Assembly (NCBI GenBank): GCA_009859145.1
Contig: VRVR01000061.1
Span: 103,459 to 167,458, forward strand
Direction: 5' to 3'
Length of the DNA: 64,000 nt
Origin: Andalucia godoyi And28
Taxonomy: Eukaryota > Protista > Jakobida
The position numbers and the translations under genes were made by a program. This document shows, in pieces, positions 42,503 through 54,000 of this stretch (the first letter of the stretch is position 1; each line of letters opens with the position of its first letter). The notes under the pieces are model-generated. The model was given only the letters and a program-made list of their open reading frames with translations, made no database searches and was not told where the DNA came from.

Positions 42503-45103
42503 ATGTCCGGATATGAAAAGTACGATGATGACGAAGCAGCGCTTGTGCACACGACGGCCTATTCAGACTCGCAGGAGCTGACTTCATTGCATCATCATGA
42601 TGGCGGAGGAGATAGAGGATCATCGTCATTTGGGGCGGGGGCAGCACAGGACGCGACAGTGAGACCGTCGCTTGCAAAGCTGCTTTCTGACAGCGCGGCT
42701 GATGTTCCGCCGTCGGCGTCGTACTACGAGACACTGGTAAGCGGGGGCGTTGGAGTGATTGTGAAAAAGTTTGGAACGTTCAACGGCGTGTTTGTGCGTT
42801 GTCTTGTGTCGATCTATGGTGTTTCCCTGTTCTTGCTGAACCACTTCTGCGTCGGGCAGGCAGGTTGGGGCTTGATGCTTGTGATCTTGCTGATTTCGTC
42901 GTTTGCGACCATCGTCACGACGTTCTCAGCTTCCGCGCTGTGCACAAACGGAAAGGTGCTCGGAGGTGGGCCGTACTACCTGGTGTCGCGATCCCTTGGA
43001 ATCGAGTTTGGCGCTGCACTGGGCATCATCTTCTTTCTTGCACAGGCAATTGCAGTGGCGCTGAACACCGTCGGTTTCGCCACGGCAATTGTGGATGTCA
43101 TTCCAGGAAATATCACACCTGGAGGAACTTGGGATGTTGCCGTCCTGGCTCTCATTTCCAACGTTCTCTGCTTCGTGTGCTGCTTGTTTGGCGTGTCATG
43201 GCTGAACAAGGTCAATTTGGTGCTGCTGATTCTCGTGTTCTTTGCCTTCATGGCAGTTCTCATCGGAATTTGGTCACACCATCCTGGATACATTCATGGG
43301 TTCACAGGTCTTTCAAACCAGTCGTTACGTGATAATTTCGGACCGCATTTCACCGATGGGTACAGCTTCTTCAAAGTCGCAGCAGTGTTTTTCCCGTCTG
43401 TCACAGGCATTCTGGCCGGGGCGACTGTCTCGGGAGAATTACGGGACCCTGCACGCTCCGTTCCGGTTGGCACATTGTCCGCGATCGGTGCGTCGTGCGT
43501 AACCTACATCATCCAATTCTTTTTTGTTGCTGCATGCGCCACCTCTGCCGCACTCTCGACAAATGTGAACTTCCTTGTGCAAATCTCAATTTGGACACCA
43601 CTCGTTATCGCAGGTATCTTTTCAGCATCAATCTCTTCGGCACTTGGGTTGCTTATGGGCGCACCGCGTATCCTCGTGGCGACGATCAAAGACAAGATGT
43701 TTCCGTTCTTGGAGTTTTTTGCAAAGACAGACAAGAAGGGCGATCCAATCTATGGCTATGTCCTCACCCTCTTCATCGCGTGCTTGTTTTCGATTGCCGG
43801 TGATTTGAACTTCATTGCTGCAATTGTTACAAACATGTACCTGCTTGTCTATACAATTATCAACTATGCCTGTTTTGCAGCGTCGTTTTCTCGATCTCCT
43901 GGCTGGCGTCCTGGTTTCCGCTATTATAATATGTGGGTTGCGCTTGCTGGATCGCTGTTCTGCGTCGTGCTGATGTTCTTCATGGACTACATCTCTGCGA
44001 TTATCATCGTGGGTCTTGGAGTGGTTTCGTACAAGTATGCAGAGTATCGCGCAGGAAAGGCAGGAGTGCGGCTAGGTGGCGCAGGAGAAGCGTGGCTGTA
44101 TCGTCAGACGGTGAAGACTCTCCGACAGCTGCAAACCGACACTTCCGACAGCATCAAGACGTACCGGCCACAGTTGTTCATCGTCGAGAACAATGTGTCT
44201 CCAGACGACATGGATGCGTACATTCGTCTCGTCGCGTACTTTTACAAGAGCCGTGCTCTCATCATGCGTGGTCGTGTGTACCTTGGCGATCCGATTGACC
44301 AGGAATTGCGCGCAACGATCACGCGTCAGCGAGAAAAGGAGCTCTTACACTTGTCCTGGAAGCACGATATTATTTTTGGCACACATGCCATTGCGCCTTC
44401 CATCCGTACCGGCCTGACGTACATGCTTCAAAATTCCGGGGTCGGCAAGGTGCGGCCCAACGTTGTTGTGTTCCATATGCCACCAAGCTCTGCAGTCCCG
44501 TCTGGGGACAATACTGTGTCTCCCCAGCGGCTGTTCGTCCAGTGCGTCCGCGATGCGCTGCAGTCTGGGTTTGCAGTTTCTGTTATTGCCAATTCCGCAG
44601 TGCTGACTTCCGACGCTGCAGGATGGTTTCCGAAACAAAAATTCATGGGCGACATCCAAGTGCACTGGCTTGCGGACGACGGCGGGCTCACTGCGCTGCT
44701 ACCGTACCTCCTGCACGAGTCGTCGTTTTGGAAGAAGACGTCGAAACTGGCATATTTTGTGCCTCTGGAGCAAGAGGACGCCAGCAGTCAGATGGCGCGG
44801 TTGCTGGCGGTGATGCGTGTAGAGGGGAGTACAAACCCGCTGTCCAGGTCCGTGGCACCCAGCACCGAAGTTCCACTGGCGTACCGATCACACCCCTTTG
44901 CTTTCTATGCAGCGAGTGTGAAGACAAATGCGTCCCACGGTGGCATGGCGTTCGTGTCGCTTCCTGTTCCGAACATGGAAGCTGCCTCCGACGACAAGGC
45001 TGCAGAAGACTACTGCCAATTCCTTCGGGTCTTGTCATCGGCCAGAGTTGCCACCGTGTTTGTTCGCGGTAGCCAGCAGAACGTTCTGACCCCGTATCTC
45101 TAA
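42503..45103 (+). CDS. SLC12 cation-chloride cotransporter
   Basis: KFGTFNGVFVRCL, GGGPYYLVSRSLGIEFG, FFPSVTGILAGA..SGELRDP, PGWRPGFRYY, IQVHWLADDGGLTALLPYLL. Confidence 0.93.
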   Translation: MSGYEKYDDDEAALVHTTAYSDSQELTSLHHHDGGGDRGSSSFGAGAAQDATVRPSLAKLLSDSAADVPPSASYYETLVSGGVGVIVKKFGTFNGVFVRCLVSIYGVSLFLLNHFCVGQAGWGLMLVILLISSFATIVTTFSASALCTNGKVLGGGPYYLVSRSLGIEFGAALGIIFFLAQAIAVALNTVGFATAIVDVIPGNITPGGTWDVAVLALISNVLCFVCCLFGVSWLNKVNLVLLILVFFAFMAVLIGIWSHHPGYIHGFTGLSNQSLRDNFGPHFTDGYSFFKVAAVFFPSVTGILAGATVSGELRDPARSVPVGTLSAIGASCVTYIIQFFFVAACATSAALSTNVNFLVQISIWTPLVIAGIFSASISSALGLLMGAPRILVATIKDKMFPFLEFFAKTDKKGDPIYGYVLTLFIACLFSIAGDLNFIAAIVTNMYLLVYTIINYACFAASFSRSPGWRPGFRYYNMWVALAGSLFCVVLMFFMDYISAIIIVGLGVVSYKYAEYRAGKAGVRLGGAGEAWLYRQTVKTLRQLQTDTSDSIKTYRPQLFIVENNVSPDDMDAYIRLVAYFYKSRALIMRGRVYLGDPIDQELRATITRQREKELLHLSWKHDIIFGTHAIAPSIRTGLTYMLQNSGVGKVRPNVVVFHMPPSSAVPSGDNTVSPQRLFVQCVRDALQSGFAVSVIANSAVLTSDAAGWFPKQKFMGDIQVHWLADDGGLTALLPYLLHESSFWKKTSKLAYFVPLEQEDASSQMARLLAVMRVEGSTNPLSRSVAPSTEVPLAYRSHPFAFYAASVKTNASHGGMAFVSLPVPNMEAASDDKAAEDYCQFLRVLSSARVATVFVRGSQQNVLTPYL

Positions 45104-45473
45104 GGATCCTTGGGGCCCGTGTGGCGAGCTGTCGTAGATGCGAATTCAAGAAGACAGATCGAGAATAAAGAGGAGAGAGCCTTTCTGTTTTCGTTTTAAT
45201 TTTTTTTTGTGTGACGTTGCATCAATTGAAGCAGTCATGGCCAAAGTGTTTTTCCCCTCTCGAACGCACCCTCGTCTGCTTTGTGCCTTGTCCGAGGTTC
45301 CATCGATTTCCTTTCCTAATCTTTTCGTCTGTTCCTATTGCTTCGTATGTGTAGATTTTCTTGCGTTGGTTAGCAAACAACAGTCTTTTTTTATTGCGCA
45401 CTGGGTAGGTGTCATCGCGAAGTGGACAAGACAAGGAAAGGACAGGAAAGCAATAGAAAAAGGACAGAAAAGG

Positions 45474-46988
45474 ATGGTACTCTCGGAGCTGGGATCGCGG
45501 CTTACAGGCGCTCTTCGCAAGATGGCGAATGCGACGGTCATTGACGATGCAGTAGTGGATGCTACGATCAAGGAGGTGTGTACTGCACTGCTTGAGGCCG
45601 ACGTGAACATTGCGCTTGTAGCTCAGCTGAAGCGGGCGGTGAAGCAGACGGTGACTACAGAAGGTGCTCTTCCGGGAATTAACAAGCGAAAACTGATCCA
45701 CCGTGCGATTTTTGACCAGCTGTGTGCGCTTTTGGACCCGAAGTCGAAGCCGTTTGCTCCAAAGAAGGGGAGTGCGAACATCATCATGTTTGTTGGGTTG
45801 CAGGGAGCAGGAAAGACGACGACGGTTACGAAGCTGGCGTACTACTATGCGAGAAAAGGGTGGAAAGTAGGGTTGGTGTGCGCAGATACGTTTCGAGCCG
45901 GTGCATTTGATCAGTTGAAACAGAACGCTGCAAAGGCCAAAGTCCCGTTTTATGGATCACATACGGAGACTGATCCTGTGAAGATTGCACATGACGGTGT
46001 GGCAAAGTTCAAGAAGGAAGGGTTTGAGATCATTATCGTCGACACCTCTGGCCGACACAAGCAGGAGAAGGCGCTTTTTGACGAGATGCAGCAAGTGTAC
46101 CTAGCTGTCAAGCCACAGGATGTAGTCTTCGTCCTGGATGCATCCATTGGCCAGGCTGCTGCAGCACAGGCGTCGGCGTTCAAGGACCAAGTCAAGCTTG
46201 GCTCTGTTGTGATCACAAAGTTGGATGGTCATGCGAAGGGCGGCGGTGCGCTGAGCGCGGTTGCGCAGACAGGGTGCCCGATTACGTTTATTGGAACTGG
46301 TGAGCACATGTATGACATGCAGTCGTTTGATACACAAAGCTTCGTGCGGAGATTACTTGGTCTTGGGGATCTCAAGGGACTTGTGGACGTCGTCAAGGAT
46401 GTCGGACTGGACCAGCAGACGGAGCTCATGGAGAGGCTGCAGCAGGGCGTGTTTACACTTCGTGACATGCGAGACCAGCTGACCAACGTCATGAAGGCCG
46501 GGCCGATTTCCAACATTATGAGCATGATCCCCGGAATGTCAGCCGATCTCTTCCCGGCCGGTCGAGAGCAGGAAGGGCAGGCGAGGATTAAGCGTTTCTT
46601 GTACATTATGGACTCTATGACAGATGAGGAGCTCGATTCAAAGGATGTAGCGAAGCTGATGACGGCTTCCAGAATAGAGCGCATTGCGCGAGGGGCGGGG
46701 CGACACATCCGCGAAGCGCAGGAACTGATGGAAATGTTCAAGCAATTCCAAAAAGCCATCTCCAAGATGAAGAACCTCAAGATGCCCGGAATGGGAGCAG
46801 GTGGACCACGAATGGGAGCCGGAGGAATGCCGTCACAGGCCCAAATGAATGCACTGTCGCAAATGATTGATCCGAGGATGTTGCAGCAAATGGGTGGCAT
46901 GCAAGGAATTCAGTCAATGATGAAGCAGTTTTCCGGTATGGATCTCGGAGCTCTGGGTGGAATGTTGCCAGGATTTGGCAAGCGGTAG
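45474..46988 (+). CDS. SRP54: Signal recognition particle 54 kDa protein (cytosolic)
   Basis: MVLSELG, GLQGAGKTTT, DTFRAGAFDQLKQNA, DTSGRHKQE, TKLDGHAKGGGALS, Met-rich M domain. Confidence 0.98.
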   Translation: MVLSELGSRLTGALRKMANATVIDDAVVDATIKEVCTALLEADVNIALVAQLKRAVKQTVTTEGALPGINKRKLIHRAIFDQLCALLDPKSKPFAPKKGSANIIMFVGLQGAGKTTTVTKLAYYYARKGWKVGLVCADTFRAGAFDQLKQNAAKAKVPFYGSHTETDPVKIAHDGVAKFKKEGFEIIIVDTSGRHKQEKALFDEMQQVYLAVKPQDVVFVLDASIGQAAAAQASAFKDQVKLGSVVITKLDGHAKGGGALSAVAQTGCPITFIGTGEHMYDMQSFDTQSFVRRLLGLGDLKGLVDVVKDVGLDQQTELMERLQQGVFTLRDMRDQLTNVMKAGPISNIMSMIPGMSADLFPAGREQEGQARIKRFLYIMDSMTDEELDSKDVAKLMTASRIERIARGAGRHIREAQELMEMFKQFQKAISKMKNLKMPGMGAGGPRMGAGGMPSQAQMNALSQMIDPRMLQQMGGMQGIQSMMKQFSGMDLGALGGMLPGFGKR

Positions 46989-47184
46989 TCTGTTCTCATT
47001 CGCGTTTAAAAAAAATAATGTTGTTTATCGTCGTTAGATTGCGTCTATATTCAAAAAAATAATAAATAACAATAATAAATAATCAGTACTGCCCTCCAAC
47101 CCAATGCATCACCGCCGAATATTTCATTGCTGCGTGTGGGGAAATGCAGTCAACGGAATCCCAGCTTCTCAAAGTCGCACTTAA

Positions 47185-47554
47185 CACGTCATTGTCATGC
47201 ATTCGGAAGTATACGTAAACAGACATGGTCAATACTGGCCAACACTAGCACGTTTGTTTCACAGGAATTCGTGATACAGGGCCTCCTAGGTCCCGCAGAC
47301 CTCCTAAGAGACCACGTGTCACTACGCCTGCTGCTAGGGCCGTCAGAATCAAAATGCACCCTTCTCAGGAACAACGTGTCACGCTGAGAAAGTGGCTCAC
47401 CGATTGATCGAGATTGGGAACGGAGCGCGGGAACATTTATCTGAAGAGCGCCGTGAGGCGTGTTGGGGCCTATCCCCTTCGCGGCAACGGGATGCAAGAT
47501 TGAATATGCATGTCTATTCGTATACATATGCATGTTCAGTGTATAATGTAGACG
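47185..47554 (+). mobile_element. Second ghost Fanzor-like element, further deleted
   Basis: 47273-47422 differs from 16796-16945 at 3 of 150 positions by manual alignment; same left end CACGTCATTGTCATGCAT, same internal junction, tail reads DRDW-NGAR-NIYLKSAVRRVGAYP; lacks about 170 nt present at ~16624-16795. Confidence 0.8.
47455..47554 (+). ncRNA. Putative omegaRNA scaffold (3' part)
   Basis: Stem ATTGAATATGCAT-GTCTA / TATAC-(AT bulge)-ATGCATGTTCAGT closing a TTCG (UUCG) loop; right end CAGTGTATAATGTAGACG. Confidence 0.55.
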
Positions 47555-48585
47555 TCCACGTGGTCAACGAAGAACTGTTTGCACGCACTTTACAGCAGTG
47601 CAGGACCGGATACCCCGAGAGGACAGAAAGAAAGGCTGCGATGATGTCTCGATCCACAAACCCCAAGGGTACGCATGCCCACCAAGCCCCGAATGTTGAG
47701 CAGACTCGGTTTTTCTGCGATTTGCTGGCGAAGGAGGCCGCTGCAAATCCCTGTGGAGAAAGACCGGTACGGCTTGAGCGCATAGCGCATCAGAGAAGCC
47801 CGCTCGGGGAATCCGTACCATGGCCGAAAGAACTACGCAGGTGAGTTTTTCGAGCGCAATGGTGTCAATCTGCATTCCCCGTTGCGCACCGCGGAGAACA
47901 ATCATCATGCGCAGTACTACACAGTCAACGATCTTTTCTTTGCCGGGCGCTCCTCTCGGCCCTTTGAGATTCCTTCGATGTCCGTACTGGTGCCCAGCCA
48001 AAGTCCTTCAGCAACGGCAGATACTGGCCATCAGTCCGACATAATCCCCCATCATGCACTTGTTCAAATACAGCGGGAGTCCAGAGGAATCGCCTCCCTT
48101 TCGCGTCCCGGGACATCTGCACACATCGACGTCTGCACAGACCCAATGACCGTCTACCGCTCTCGGCTGCCCTGAGTCTTTGCTCCTGCTCCTGCCTTTA
48201 CCGTTCTTGTCCTATTCATCGAGGAAAAATAACCACAAAAAACAAAAACCAAAAAACCAAAAAAAAACAAAAACCAAAAACATATTTGTGCACTGCACAC
48301 AATACACGTGTGTGTGTGTGTGTGTGGTGCCATCCTGAATACGGAAGAGACCATGTCTCTCTCTATTCTACTCTTCTGCTGCGACCCGAAGTTTTTTCAT
48401 GCCCAAGCAGCAGCCACACAAGTCACCACTGGCTACAAAAGTCACACAGCTCGCAGAAATGCACCTTTCATCACGACGGATCATCCTCCCGCCCCCAACC
48501 CGAGATTCCATCCTCCGTCGTTGTTTTATCCCGCTTATTGTCATGCATTACCACTGTTGTTCTAAATTAAAGCTATCAAATCGTC

Positions 48586-50970
48586 ATGCGCGCTCTTTGT
48601 CAAATCACCCTTTGTCTGTGTCTGTGGTGTTGTCTCGGGAACCGACTGTGTGTATCGATGGTCACAGCCGACGTTCTGTCACATCATGCAACGTATCAGT
48701 CATTGCTGGATCACCGCGCACGGGATATTTTGAAGCAGGCGCGGGCAGGTGATTTGGCTGGGGCATTTTCGCGGCTTCACGAGGACCGGGACGTCGTTCT
48801 CAGGAATCTCGGATTCAGCCATTCGGAATCGTCATCAAAGTTTCTTGCGGCGCTCAGTACACAGAAGTCCTTTCTTCTGGGAGATCCATGCGAGCTTTCC
48901 ACTGTGAACTTGATGGTTCTTGCGTACGTGCCACCGCCCATTGCTGCAATGTCTGCTGAGAACCATGCACCCTACAGCTTTTCGATTCATCGACCAGACG
49001 GCACTTTCATGGAGACGTTCGTTGTCGATGCTGTTAAGCAACAGCAGATACTCGAGGCTGGTTCTTCCGGGAATGTCGGCATTCGGGGCATCAGACTCTT
49101 GGATGCAATGTTTGCCATTGACGTCACACTGACAAGTCGAGTTTCCTTGTCTTCCGCACGCACCGGCCCGATCCGGATGCTCTACATACGCGTCGATTTC
49201 TCAGACATGGCCGGGGAACCTGTGTCGGACGCAACTGTTCGGTTCGTGAATGACAACCAGACTTCGCCGTTCTACAAGGCATCGTCGTACGGTCAAGTGC
49301 CATCAATCTCAGTGACTGTGACGCCAACATTTCGAATGCCGAATTCCAAATCGTACTTTGCTTCACTGTCCTCTGGAACAGAATTGCTGCTGTCACAAGC
49401 GCGAGACCTTGCAAAAAACAACGGCTACGATGCTTCGTCCTACGACTATTATGCCGTCGCGTTCAAGCCGATCTGGAGCTGGGGAGGACTTGGCTACGTC
49501 GGAGCTCCGGGTCAATGGCTGCAGTACTACGAGTTTCGTGTCTACGCACACGAGACCGGGCATAATTTCGGTTCCTGGCACGCAAATGCCTGGAAAGTCA
49601 ACTTGGCACAATCTCCCTTACCGTACGGTGCTGGCGAGTCCGACGAATATATGGATTACTCGGATGTCATGGGTGCGAACTACAAGGATCGAACAGATGC
49701 CTATTTCAACCTCGTAGAACGCGCTGCGATCGGCTGGACTGGGGATTTGACAAGCACGACGCATGTCATCGATAGCGCGGTGTCGACTCGTGGTGTGTAC
49801 TCATTCCTTCCATTTGATCAAGCCACTGTCAAGACATCGAAGCAAGGAGTGCGCATTTCTCGAGCAGCAGCCCCTGTCTCTGCTTCCGGGACCGGTAATT
49901 ACTATGTCTTGTCCTATCGCTCTGTTTTCGGAGGAGCGGATTATCCGTGGGTGCCGTCTGCCCTTTACCTTCAATTTTCGTACAGTACGTACACAGACGG
50001 CAAAGAGTCGATGTTGGTGAACATGGATCCTTCCAGAACAGATTATTCCAAAGCCTTCTTAGTCGGTGGCCAAACGTTTGTCGATGTACCCAACAAAATA
50101 TACATCACACCCATCGTACTTGAAAGGTGGGGAGCTCTGGTTGCCGTCATCACCAAACCGACAAATGTGACATCGGTAGAGCAACATTTGGTTGTTCGTT
50201 TCGAAGCGTTGTTTTCTCCCATTGCGGTTGGATCGTTCTCGGTGGCGAAGGTTTTTGCGAACAACACTGCTGGAACTGCGTTTGCGTTGTCGTGGGCCGG
50301 AACCGGATCGTTCTACTCCCGCAATTTCGCAGTCTCGTTCGTCAAGCAGTCAACAGCAGGCAATTTTACGGTATCTGCTACGATCTCCAACCTTTGTGCA
50401 TCTCAGAAAACCGCCAATGCGACTGTGAGGTACGTGGCAACGACGGGGTTGCCGGTTCTGTCACTATATGTGGCTTCAACGACGAATGAATATTTGGTTT
50501 CTGCAGATCGTATAGAATCCTTTGCACACAGCGACCTGATGAATTCCAGATTGGCGTTTCGTGTCGTTTCATCAGCACCGCTGCAGGACCTACAGCTGTG
50601 GTCCACGCGCGGCTTCGTAAGCGCTCTGAATTCGTCCAATTCGTCTGTTGCGGTTCCTGCCAACTCTTCACTGCTTCCCGGCGGAGCCTCTTCGTTTGTT
50701 GCGATTGGAAAATCAGCGTCTGGCACGTGGGTATCCTCGAAATTGTACACTTCGATATTGACGTCGTTCAATGGACAAGAGCAGACTATGGACGCCAGCA
50801 AGGTCTCTTGCTCGTTCACAGCCGTCGATCCCGGTCCCAATCCCAATCCCGATCCAAACCCCGATCCCAATCCCAATCCCACCACCACAGAAAACGGCTT
50901 GGGGATCAGCACAATATCGCACGTCTTGTACTGGGTCAGCGGGTCGCTGGCGTTGCTGTGTCTGCAGTAA
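48586..50970 (+). CDS. Secreted or surface-anchored metzincin metalloprotease (M11 gametolysin / M6-like)
   Basis: Hydrophobic N-terminus, HETGHNFGSWH (HExxHxxGxxH), Met-turn DYSDVMG, PNPNPDPNPDPNPN linker and terminal hydrophobic segment. Confidence 0.8.
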   Translation: MRALCQITLCLCLWCCLGNRLCVSMVTADVLSHHATYQSLLDHRARDILKQARAGDLAGAFSRLHEDRDVVLRNLGFSHSESSSKFLAALSTQKSFLLGDPCELSTVNLMVLAYVPPPIAAMSAENHAPYSFSIHRPDGTFMETFVVDAVKQQQILEAGSSGNVGIRGIRLLDAMFAIDVTLTSRVSLSSARTGPIRMLYIRVDFSDMAGEPVSDATVRFVNDNQTSPFYKASSYGQVPSISVTVTPTFRMPNSKSYFASLSSGTELLLSQARDLAKNNGYDASSYDYYAVAFKPIWSWGGLGYVGAPGQWLQYYEFRVYAHETGHNFGSWHANAWKVNLAQSPLPYGAGESDEYMDYSDVMGANYKDRTDAYFNLVERAAIGWTGDLTSTTHVIDSAVSTRGVYSFLPFDQATVKTSKQGVRISRAAAPVSASGTGNYYVLSYRSVFGGADYPWVPSALYLQFSYSTYTDGKESMLVNMDPSRTDYSKAFLVGGQTFVDVPNKIYITPIVLERWGALVAVITKPTNVTSVEQHLVVRFEALFSPIAVGSFSVAKVFANNTAGTAFALSWAGTGSFYSRNFAVSFVKQSTAGNFTVSATISNLCASQKTANATVRYVATTGLPVLSLYVASTTNEYLVSADRIESFAHSDLMNSRLAFRVVSSAPLQDLQLWSTRGFVSALNSSNSSVAVPANSSLLPGGASSFVAIGKSASGTWVSSKLYTSILTSFNGQEQTMDASKVSCSFTAVDPGPNPNPDPNPDPNPNPTTTENGLGISTISHVLYWVSGSLALLCLQ

Positions 50971-51085
50971 GAAGCAAGACCGTTTTTAAATATAAAATTT
51001 TCTAATTTTTATACATATTTTATTTCTCTATTATTGTTGTTATTTAAATATAAAAAAATTAATGTTAGCTGTTCCTCATCGACTT

Positions 51086-54000
51086 CTAATGCAGAAAAAA
51101 ACTCCTTTCCAGATCCTCTTGCTCGGAATGGTTGTCTGGATCTCTTCGGATGGATACCAACAAATAAGTGGTGGCTCTTCCGAGACCTTTCAAGACAGAC
51201 TCTACTTCCGCACACTCGAACCACGGATACAAAAGTTCGTAGGTTTCTCGGCTCATGTGCACGCCGTCGATTTTCGGACACGTCTGCTCCAAACGGGCTG
51301 CATAATTCACAGAGTGGCCATATATGTCGTACAAATACCGGTTCTTTGAGATGACTCCTGACACAACGGGTCCCGTGTGGACACCGCATCGAACGTGCAT
51401 CCCGAATTCGTTGGCGATTTTGATCACATCCAGACAAAACCGGACTGCACAAAGCGCTTCGTTCTGGACGTCCAGGTCATGCTGTTGCTCCGTGCCGTAC
51501 ATCTTGTCGAAATGCAAACCAGTGGCACCAAACCAACAGTCTCCAATGATTTTGATTTTGAAAACCTGGTATGTGTCGGCGGCCAGATCAAACCTGGTGT
51601 ACAGATCGTCCAGCACAGATACAATGGCACCAGGCCCCTCTGCTATACGGTCTTGACACATTGTGGAAAACCCCACCAGATCGACGAAGATGCAAGACAC
51701 ACTCTTGTGCGAGAACGCAATCGGCCTCTCATTTCTCTTCAGCCGGTCCACAATGGGCGCTGGCATCATATTGAGCAGCAAATCTGTCGACTTTTGCTTC
51801 TCCAGTTCCAGCAACGATCGCTGTCGGATTTCTTCGGTCACGTCGCGAACGTACACTGCGAAGACACGGCGGCCAGCGGATTCCGATTCTATCGCATCCG
51901 GAATCGCAACAACTACACAGTGGAAAGTACCACGTTTTGACTGCTCTTTTCCCGATCGCGCGGTTACTGGAGGCGAGGATAGAGAATCTAAATTGTGCGT
52001 ACCATCGTTCCCACGGCTCGAGGCGTTCCGGCGAACAGCTCGAAGCCTGAATTCACGAACGCCTGAAATCATGTCCGCGATTTCGGCAGTGGACAGATAC
52101 CTCTGAAAATCCATGAAATCGTCGTCCACCAGGAAAAAGGACTCGAGTGCAGAACCCAAGACTTCAAACTCGCTGTGACCAAACATCCGCAAACATGACC
52201 CGTTTGCCTCTCGAACGACAAAACGCGGGTCCTGAACGTGCTTCGCCAGCTGAGAAGACCCGACGACTTGAAAAAGAGCGACAGGCATCGTTCTCACGCA
52301 CCACTGCGGCCCAGTAAAACCAAATTGTTGGTTGCTACTCAAATCTCCCCGAGTAGCGCTGAAATCGCCTTTCACGGAAGACTTGTCGCTGGCGACGACA
52401 GAAAGACTGTCTTGCGCATTATCGAGGTTCTTTGTCCGATTTCGTGGAAGATCTGCACGAATGGATCCCGTGGCCATGAAGGTAACGACTTGGGGATTAG
52501 TAAGCAGCGTTTCGAGAGAGAGGGTGCACAGCATTTTCCGCATCTGCCTCTCCCGTTGTTTCAGCTGATTCAAGGCTTTGTGAAAGCAAAAGTAATACAA
52601 CAGCGGCAGAAAGATAAACGACAGTCCGAAACAGATGTTTGCCACCACCAGAAGCGTATCTGTTCGGTCGTCGTAGTATTCGACAATCAGCGTGTACACA
52701 TCATCAAACTTCTTTGGAATTACGGAGAACAGCAGACCCTGCAGTCGGGCCTTATATATTGTCCACAGAACAGTGGAGTCCGTTCCCTTTGCAGTCAAAC
52801 TAATTATGTCATCATACGCGGTAGAAATGTCAGCGGCAAGCGAACGAGCAGTTGTGTCTGGGAAGAACGATGGATACAGTGTCGCCGACCGCTGGGAAAA
52901 CAGCGCGTTCTTGATGTTTTCCGAGTAGTACTTGACGCCAGTGGTATTCGAGCCATCCCCATCAATGAATCGCGTCCATTCTGTCAGCGCCAGGCTTGCA
53001 TAGTTTTGCGATGATCGCACATAGAGGGGATACAGCGCCGATTCGTTGGTCGACGGATTCGACAACTTTCCTATGGACGGATATGAAATGGGAAATGTCT
53101 CAAAGGCAGAAGCGGTCGCGCGAGATAGAATTCCATTGACAGAAGACATGTACTGAACCTCAAATGAAGCAGATCGCAAGTACCGAACAAACAACGAGAG
53201 CAAAATGGTGAAGATCTGACAGTACAAGATGATGAAGATGACCGCAATGACAATCAGGAAGCTCACAAACAAGTATCTGCGGCCACTCAGCTCTTGATTC
53301 ACAATGGTGCCGGAGAAAGAGGACAGGTAGGATTGCGTGGCTCGCAGAGTCTCGTGCTTCCTTTTTTCTCGGAAATGCGAATTACGAGCATTGCTTCCAC
53401 CATGCTGTACATCCGCAGGCGGCCGGTCAGCCGGAATCGAGGGTCTTCTGGAGCCCATAACATCAAGCTTTGCAATTCCTTCACACATCGCCAGATATTC
53501 TCCTTTGAGCGAAGATTTGTCGAATTCCAAGTTCAGCAGCATGACTCTCTTTTGATCGTCGTACGTCTTGATCAAAGAAGGCACGATCACACACACCAAG
53601 AACAAAAGCGTTACAAAAAAGGTAGAAAGCGCGCAAATCAAGACGATTAAAAACAGATTATCAACATAGTCCAAAATTTCCTGTTGATACAGCGGCACGG
53701 CAGCATCTACTACATTCCACACGCTCAGCAAGCTGTTAAACCATCCCTCCAAGGTCAGTTCGACGCATCTACTTTGTAGATTCATGAACACAAAACTTGT
53801 GTTCACATAGTACGATATGTTCATAGCGGTCAAGGACTGCGAGCACGTCGTAGTGCCTTGCAAAATGGGATCAAAGTTTCGAATGACGTTGGACTGCTGC
53901 ACGGTGGATGACGACCGAATGAAGTTATCGGATATGCTCCTGTTCGTGGAGCTGTTCTGGAACACTGGGATGGGAGAAAAGACGTTGAAGGAAGAAGTTT

